From IMG/VR virus record IMGVR_UViG_3300021400_001610, positions 18,490 to 82,489 of that record: a DNA stretch of 64,000 nt. One strand, given 5' to 3'. How positions within the stretch are numbered: the first letter of the stretch is position 1; every line of letters starts with the position of its first letter. The stretch comes from a virus (lineage: Duplodnaviria > Caudoviricetes). A program made the translations under genes and the position numbers. This document shows positions 8,549-13,731 of the stretch, piece by piece. The notes beneath the pieces were generated by a model. The model was not told the origin of the DNA, ran no database searches, and saw only the letters and a program-made list of their open reading frames with translations.

Positions 8549-9105
8549 TTTGTACCTTCTTTCTTGCGTTGGTCGCAACCCTTTTTCATTAGTTTTAGGA
8601 AGTTCCTGTCTTCCTTTTTCCTTTTGTGTCTTTATTATATCAGATTTTCGGAAATCTGTCAAGACCTTTTTTAACTTTTTTTGAAAAACTTTTTATTTTG
8701 GGAGAAGTTTTTCTATTTCCCTTTTCTGTATCTTTATGATAACATATTTTCGGGATTTTGTCAAGGGGAAAATTTCTTTTTTGTTGAGAAAGACGCATCT
8801 TTTTTCCGCTCACGCTCAACATTCTCGGAATAGTTTTTCTTTCTTTCCCCTTGACAATTATATTATAAAGGAATTTTCTAAAAAAGTCAACCCTTTTTAT
8901 GAAAAAATTATAGAAAAATAATTCTGAATTTTGGGAACTTTCAGAAAATTCTGAAAATTTTCGGCGCCCGGTCGATCCGAATTATGGGAAATTATGGGAG
9001 TGGGCGATCGCCCGGGCGCACTGTGCGTCAGAATTTTCTGAAAATTTGCAGAAAAATAAAGGTCCCATTATGACTAATGGGACAATTTTCCAAGAATTTT
9101 GGGAA

Positions 9106-9237
9106 TTACATCAACACTGTGAAAATATTCCAAAACGATAACGGACAACCCTCTAAATTCTTTGAAAGAATTTCGATGTATGAAGCGGTGAACCAAACAC
9201 CAAAAGCGATTAACGGCGTACATAAAATCTTTTTCAT
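9106..9237 (-). CDS. 43-aa hydrophobic peptide
   Basis: Manually translated MKKILCTPLIAFGVWFTASYIEIL...; start overlaps the stop of the upstream ORF. Confidence 0.55.
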   Translation of the reverse strand: MKKILCTPLIAFGVWFTASYIEILSKNLEGCPLSFWNIFTVLM

Positions 9238-9470
9238 ACTAACTGCCACCCCCAAGATTCCTGTGCATCAAGAAAACCCTTGATAGTCCAAATTGCTTTC
9301 TTGATGTCTTCTCTTTCAATAATTTCGCCTGTGTAAATGTTTTCCAAACATTCCGCATCATCGGCGTCCATTGCCGTTGCAATTTCTTTGAGTACGTATT
9401 CGCCGAAAGCGAGCCACGCCCTATCATCCTGTGTGATTGTCATTACGATTTTCTTGTCAAACTGTGCCAT
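9234..9470 (-). CDS. acidic hypothetical protein
   Basis: Start moved to MAQFDKK after RBS AAGGAG. Confidence 0.7.
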   Translation of the reverse strand: MAQFDKKIVMTITQDDRAWLAFGEYVLKEIATAMDADDAECLENIYTGEIIEREDIKKAIWTIKGFLDAQESWGWQLV

Positions 9471-9675
9471 ATCTTTTCTCCTTTCTCTCTCTGTGATTAT
9501 AATATACCACATATCACCTACACTGTCAACCCCTTTTTATAAAAATACTTCGTTAATTAATTCACAAGGCGGCCCGGGCGCTACGAACATATGTTCTCTT
9601 AATAAGGCGAGAACGAACAACCTTTCGTTGTCCGTTCTCTTTATATGTAAGGAGGAAACAAATGTCATTTCGTTT

Positions 9676-10119
9676 TTAGTTAATACCTTTCAAAACTTCC
9701 ATAATCTGACTTTCATCAAAGGCTTCACCCTTCCAATTATTTCTATTCGGTGTTTCATCATCGAACAGAATACCGTTGGGGAAGTTTACTACTTCTTCTT
9801 TCGGTGTACCATATTTTACAATGTGGATTTCATCGAAGTGAACGCTTTTCAGATGTGCTTTGAGCCACTGAATTTTTGTTGTTGTGACCTTTTCATCGAA
9901 TTCGGCGGTGGAATTCTTTGCCAACCAACTTACGATTCCGATTGTATATCCTTTTCTCTGAAGATTGTTGAGAACCTTTGCGAGTGCCGACAGACGCAGG
10001 AGCGGAGCTGCCTGTGCATACGGTGTAGCGTCTTCAGCTTTCAGATAGTCGAGCCATCCATTAACACCGTAGAAGTTTGCGATTGTTCCGTCCATATCGA
10101 AGTAGATTGCCTTGGTCAT
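9676..10119 (-). CDS. HAD-superfamily phosphatase, 5'(3')-deoxyribonucleotidase-like
   Basis: Motif I YFDMDGT, motif IV ILFDD. Confidence 0.8.
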   Translation of the reverse strand: MTKAIYFDMDGTIANFYGVNGWLDYLKAEDATPYAQAAPLLRLSALAKVLNNLQRKGYTIGIVSWLAKNSTAEFDEKVTTTKIQWLKAHLKSVHFDEIHIVKYGTPKEEVVNFPNGILFDDETPNRNNWKGEAFDESQIMEVLKGIN

Positions 10120-10311
10120 TTTGTTTTCCTCTCTTTCCTTTTCTCTATATAGAGTATATCAAAAATTTCTCGATTTGTCAACTATTTTTACCGATTCGGA
10201 AAATGTTTTTTAATTCTAAATATTCTGAAAATTGGCGGGCGCCCGGGCAGAAAGAACGTGTGTTCGTCCATGGCGCCCCGGGCGAAAAAAAAATAAGCCT
10301 TTCGGCTTATT

Positions 10312-10464
10312 TTAAAAGTAAATTACTACTTCATTTTCATTCTGTCTACTTTCTACTACTGAATAAATATCATCGTCTTCTGCGTTTCTTACTCTTGCAT
10401 TTTCGTCAACTTCTCCATTAGCTACCATTGCATTCAGTTCTTCAATCAGTTCTCTAATTGTCAT
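10312..10464 (-). CDS. 50-aa acidic hypothetical protein (MTxRELIxEL family)
   Basis: Manually translated MTIRELIEELNAMVANGEVDENARV...; RBS GAGG and promoter. Confidence 0.6.
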   Translation of the reverse strand: MTIRELIEELNAMVANGEVDENARVRNAEDDDIYSVVESRQNENEVVIYF

Positions 10465-10559
10465 TGTATTTACCTCTTCTTTCCTTATCTTGTCTTTATT
10501 ATATCACAGCTTCGCCAGCTTGTCAACAACTTTTTTTCTCCGGTTCATCCGAAGGAGGC

Positions 10560-11033
10560 TTATGCCTCCTCCGCCATCATCTTCATCATCTGTTTTTCGT
10601 TGATGAAGCTTGCTTTTTCAAACTTAATCTGATAAGCGATTCCATTTACTGTCAGGTCGCCGTCTTCGGTGAACGGTACATTGTCCTTTTCCCATTCCTG
10701 TCCGTTCAGCTCGGTCATCAGCTTTTCGAAAATCTCGCCTTTGTTGTACTTGCTTTCGCTTGCCAGCTCATCGAAGAACTTTTCGGAGCAGAGAACCTTT
10801 GCTCCCATGCTCATCAGCAGAGCTTTCTGACCTTTGTTCGGCTTGAACCGAAGTGCGTACCCAGCTCCACGGCTCGCCTTGTCCAGCTTCAGCAGCTCCG
10901 GCAGAATCTCAGCTGTCACGAGGACGAACCAGATATTTCCAGCAGCTCTGAATCCGAAAATGTAGTTGTGGGTGTAGCTATGACGATTGTAAAATCCTAC
11001 CATTTTTGCTTTGAGTGCGACGTTGGTTGACAT
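10560..11033 (-). CDS. putative PD-(D/E)xK-fold nuclease-like protein A
   Basis: Start moved to MSTNVA after AAAGGAG; NKGEIFE...DGDL...YQIK motif; homologous to 12289-12828. Confidence 0.7.
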   Translation of the reverse strand: MSTNVALKAKMVGFYNRHSYTHNYIFGFRAAGNIWFVLVTAEILPELLKLDKASRGAGYALRFKPNKGQKALLMSMGAKVLCSEKFFDELASESKYNKGEIFEKLMTELNGQEWEKDNVPFTEDGDLTVNGIAYQIKFEKASFINEKQMMKMMAEEA

Positions 11034-11109
11034 AATATGCTCCTTTCCAATTCCTACCAATCTCCCCCTGTCATAGACAGTTTACTACAAATACAAATAT
11101 TCGTCAAAT

Positions 11110-11743
11110 TGCATAGATATACATTGACCGTTGAAATTTCAACGTTTTTAGAACTTTATACATGAATATTCATGCATTATACATTGTATACAAAGTGCAT
11201 ATGCAAAAAACAGTGCATAATATACATGTTTATGCATAAAATCAAACCCGAAAACGTTGAAATTTCAACGTTTTTATGTATGTTCTTAAAAAACAATGAA
11301 TATTCATGGATTTTACCGATTATACATAAAAATAAATTTTCATGCACGCCCGGGCGGAATTGAACCGAAATCGGTTCGATTCATAAATGAATCGAACCGA
11401 ATCCGACTCAGTTAGTTAGTTAGATTGAACTAACTCGGTCCGGCGGTCGCCCTGCGTGCAGTATACTGTATACTGTATACCGCATACTGTATACACGACT
11501 GAATAGTCTGACAATTCTGAAAAGAACGTATGTTCGTGCATAAATATACACTTGTTCGCACCCGCGAACATCCGTTTACTATTCCGATAATTAGTTTATG
11601 CGGAATAGTTCAAGGGTGTGAAGCGGAGAAAACGTTGGAATTTCAACGTTTTCAACTATTCCGATAATTAGTTTTCTCGGAATAGTAAACAAATGTTCGC
11701 GTTTCGGTATGTATATTCATGCATACGAATGCATATCTATGCA
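11110..11743. promoter_or_regulatory. ArgR(ARG)-box-like palindromes TGMAT-N4-ATKCA
   Basis: Cores at 11110, 11163, 11223, 11297, 11537, 11710, 11730; the last two are a tandem pair with 20-bp period. Confidence 0.45.
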
Positions 11744-11895
11744 CGAACAGAACATATGTTCGCGAACAGACCATAAACATATGTTTGTATACTGTATACA
11801 CGGATACTGTATACTGTATACTGTATACACGTCAGAATAGTCTGATAATTGTTAGTTAGACGGAACTAACTCGAGTGTACTGTATACTGTATACA
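11461..11895. repeat. GTATACT heptamer tandem blocks / TGTAT-N5-ATACA palindromes
   Basis: Blocks at 11461-11495, 11786-11829, 11876-11895; the first two continue into a shared GAATAGTCTGA(C/T)AATT. Confidence 0.9.
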
Positions 11896-11916
11896 CAATA
11901 CAATGTAAGTACAATC

Positions 11917-12142
11917 CTTTAGTCTGATAAAGTGGTAACGCGTTAATGCGTTAGTCCTTTATCCCTTTAACGTACTAAAGTATACCAATATGGTATACTT
12001 TAGTACGTTAAACTTCTAAACTTTAGTAGACTAAAGTCTACTGTATTGGTAGACTTTAATGCGTTAAACTTCTGAACTTTAGTGTGGTAAAGTGGACCAC
12101 AGACGTACACTTTATTACGTTAATCCTTTAGTGTAATAAAGT
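11917..12142. repeat. iteron-like array CTTTA-N7-TAA(AG) with perfect 22-bp inverted repeat
   Basis: Units at 11917, 11965, 11998, 12021, 12054, 12077, 12110, 12126; perfect IR 11966-11987 / 11991-12012. Confidence 0.9.
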
Positions 12143-12214
12143 CCCTTGCAAGTATCATGCCAAGAGATATATTTAAGAGTGATTGAAAAAGATATATGAA
12201 TTGCAATTTATGTA

Positions 12215-12243
12215 TTGACGTATCCGGCAATATAGCATATAAT
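12215..12243 (+). promoter_or_regulatory. sigmaA-type promoter
   Basis: TTGACG-17-TATAAT upstream of 12289. Confidence 0.8.
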
Positions 12244-12288
12244 CTATAGTATCAGATAACACATTTGAATTGTAAAGGAGACGAAACA

Positions 12289-12828
12289 ATGACTACTAAC
12301 AGAACTACAATGAATAATGAAATCAAAATGGCTATCCTTGAAAAACTGTTTGCAGTAGAAGCAACTCACACCTATGGATTCGCTATCCGTGACAATGGCA
12401 TGGTTAAGGCGGCAATAGTTGAAAATGCCGATGATGTAATTCCCTTTATAACAGTATGCGAACGTAACTCAAAGTCGCACGGTGGCGTATACGGTGTGCG
12501 GATGTGGAATTCTAATAAAGCATTTGAGATTATCAAAGAGTATGCACGTGAGATTATTACACTTTGCACAGTAGAAGAATTCGAACGGCAGTTCAAAGAA
12601 GCAAAGGAAAATGGTTTCAAAGGCAATCGCGGTGACTTCTTCGAACCTACTTTTGCAAAGGCTACTGGAGCAAAACTGAATACAGTAAGAAACGAAAAAT
12701 GCACAGACTGCGGAGATGTGAACCTGAATGGAGAAGAAATCCAATTAAAACTGTGGAATGCCACATTGACCACCGAACCACAAGTAAATACATTCTATGA
12801 AAGAATGATTGCAAACAAGGCTGAGTAA
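12289..12828 (+). CDS. putative PD-(D/E)xK-fold nuclease-like protein B
   Basis: Start MTTNRT after AAAGGAG; NRGDFFE...CGDV...IQLK motif; terminator AAGGCT/AGCCTT plus T-run follows. Confidence 0.7.
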   Translation: MTTNRTTMNNEIKMAILEKLFAVEATHTYGFAIRDNGMVKAAIVENADDVIPFITVCERNSKSHGGVYGVRMWNSNKAFEIIKEYAREIITLCTVEEFERQFKEAKENGFKGNRGDFFEPTFAKATGAKLNTVRNEKCTDCGDVNLNGEEIQLKLWNATLTTEPQVNTFYERMIANKAE

Positions 12829-13355
12829 GCCTTGTTTTTTTTATGCCGTGAGCCTTTATTCTTTGATTTCCGCGACTTTGATGCCTACATTGAGTATTTA
12901 TACCATTAACGATAGAAAAGTCGCTTATATCGGCGAATACGGCGGGAGCACGGTAGTCTGTTAAATAATTAACAATTATGCTCCCGATGCTCCGATGCTC
13001 CGTTAAAAAATTAACAAACATGCTCCTGTTTTCGGGAAGACGTACCTGTAAATAAATGGAAGCCCTTGAGTTAAATCCCTCTAACTTTTGGGAAAATCTC
13101 CCATGGTATTTTTTACCACCCTCCAATTCTGACAACGAAATTTTTCGTGAAAAATTTAACAAAGGGCAAAAGATTTTTCTCGCCGAAGACAGAATTTTCT
13201 GACAATTCAAAGGCGGGGCGTAGTTTTCGGAATTGCGCGAATTGTCTGACAATTCAGCTCCTGAGCGTGGAAAATAATCTCCACGAAATCAAAATTTCAT
13301 TTACAAAAAGATTCAAATAAAAAAGAGAGCCTCAACCTTCGGCTCTCTTCAATCC

Positions 13356-13712
13356 TTAAACGTAATATGCTCTTCGAATTCCTTTCCCCTTAATTTTAAC
13401 TTCAGTCGCCCGTATACGCCCTTCGCGCACCAAACTTGTACAAATCGCCGTAAAACGCTGTCTCGTAAGCTCCGGCGCCACCTCGACCATTATATCGGCA
13501 ATCGTAAACGGCTGACCGGGATTACTTTGTAGGAGTTCACAAATTCGATCTCCGTAGGCCCTATTCTCCTTATAGAGTTCAGTTTCCTTCGATCTCGCCA
13601 ACGTCGCCGCCGCCTGAGCATTTAACTTTTTCAATTCCTTTTTACATTCTTCAATTAACTCTTCACTAATTTCTCCATGAATTACAGCTTCAAGCCTTTC
13701 TTTCCGTGTCAT
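13356..13712 (-). CDS. winged-helix DNA-binding protein, MTKRE family paralogue 4 (divergent)
   Basis: MTRKERLEAVI, LTRQRFTAICTSLVREGRI, EVKIKGKG. Confidence 0.8.
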   Translation of the reverse strand: MTRKERLEAVIHGEISEELIEECKKELKKLNAQAAATLARSKETELYKENRAYGDRICELLQSNPGQPFTIADIMVEVAPELTRQRFTAICTSLVREGRIRATEVKIKGKGIRRAYYV

Positions 13713-13731
13713 TTATTTTCCTCCATTTAAG

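Larger units (their letters stand above)
551..11107 (-). promoter_or_regulatory. array of leftward sigmaA-type promoters, about one per gene
   Basis: TTGAC(A/T/G) -35 hexamers on minus strand at 551-556, 1205-1210, 1987-1992, 2791-2796, 3519-3524, 4074-4079, 4542-4547, 4627-4632, 5308-5313, 6371-6376, 7145-7150, 7444-7449, 8077-8082, 8657-8662, 8759-8764, 8885-8890, 9524-9529, 10176-10181, 11102-11107; those checked have 17-bp spacers and TATAAT-like -10, often with TG extension. Confidence 0.85.
596..11355. repeat. dispersed intergenic GC core (G)GCGCCCGGGC(G)
   Basis: GCCCGGGC (or GCCCGG) starting at 597, 1270, 2025, 2850, 3570, 4124, 4671, 5376, 6417, 7185, 7490, 8122, 8966, 9010, 9572, 10241, ~10277, 11348; always intergenic, usually 33-63 bp upstream of a -35 hexamer. 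Confidence 0.95.
2863..11787. promoter_or_regulatory. Gram-positive LexA (Cheo/SOS) boxes GAAC-RNRY-GTTC
   Basis: Exact cores at 2864, 3581, 4138, 7503, 9585, 10254, 11524, 11750; AAAC variants at 5389, 11687, 11775. Confidence 0.8.
2004..13162. promoter_or_regulatory. Rex-box-like palindromes TTGTKAA-N4-TTMACAA
   Basis: 2004-2021, 4102-4119, 9550-9567, 12958-12975, 13000-13017, 13145-13162 (1-3 mismatches). Confidence 0.55.
576..13254. promoter_or_regulatory. CodY-box-like palindromes AATTTTCWGAAAATT
   Basis: Perfect at 1248, 8101, 9032; one mismatch at 576, 3543, 4688, 6395, 7469, 8936, 10219, 13193; two or three mismatches at 8139, 8945, 9043, 13240, 2825, 11502, 11836. Confidence 0.75.

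Noticed and set aside
8640-8822. 60-aa ORF between tandem promoters
   Set aside because: It runs through two promoter sequences, and its translation reflects promoter and A-tract composition
321-11030. Plus-strand ORFs of the six-frame track in the cassette region
   Set aside because: Phe/Leu/Ser-rich antisense shadows of minus-strand genes, lacking RBS and crossing promoters and terminators
596-11355. Integron gene-cassette array with attC sites
   Set aside because: No RYYYAAC/GTTRRRY box pairs at the boundaries, each cassette has its own promoter, and there is no tyrosine recombinase in the window
11129-11653. CcpA cre sites in the AAAACGTTGAAATTTCAACGTTTT palindromes
   Set aside because: Best halves have 1-2 mismatches at conserved terminal positions and the 24-bp symmetry is not cre-like; kept only as an unassigned palindrome
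2863-11787. PurR PurBox reading of the CGAAC half-sites
   Set aside because: The half-sites are always paired at N4 spacing with RNRY, which is LexA geometry, not the widely spaced PurBox pair
11966-12012. Protelomerase telRL site
   Set aside because: The IR has a 3-nt spacer rather than an uninterrupted palindrome, and no protelomerase gene is visible in the window
11400-12150. CRISPR array
   Set aside because: Repeats are short tandem or palindromic units without uniform unique spacers, and no cas genes are in the window
3644-13712. Z-alpha (Z-DNA-binding) domains in the wHTH paralogues
   Set aside because: The N-x3-Y and P-x-W residues of Z-alpha are absent
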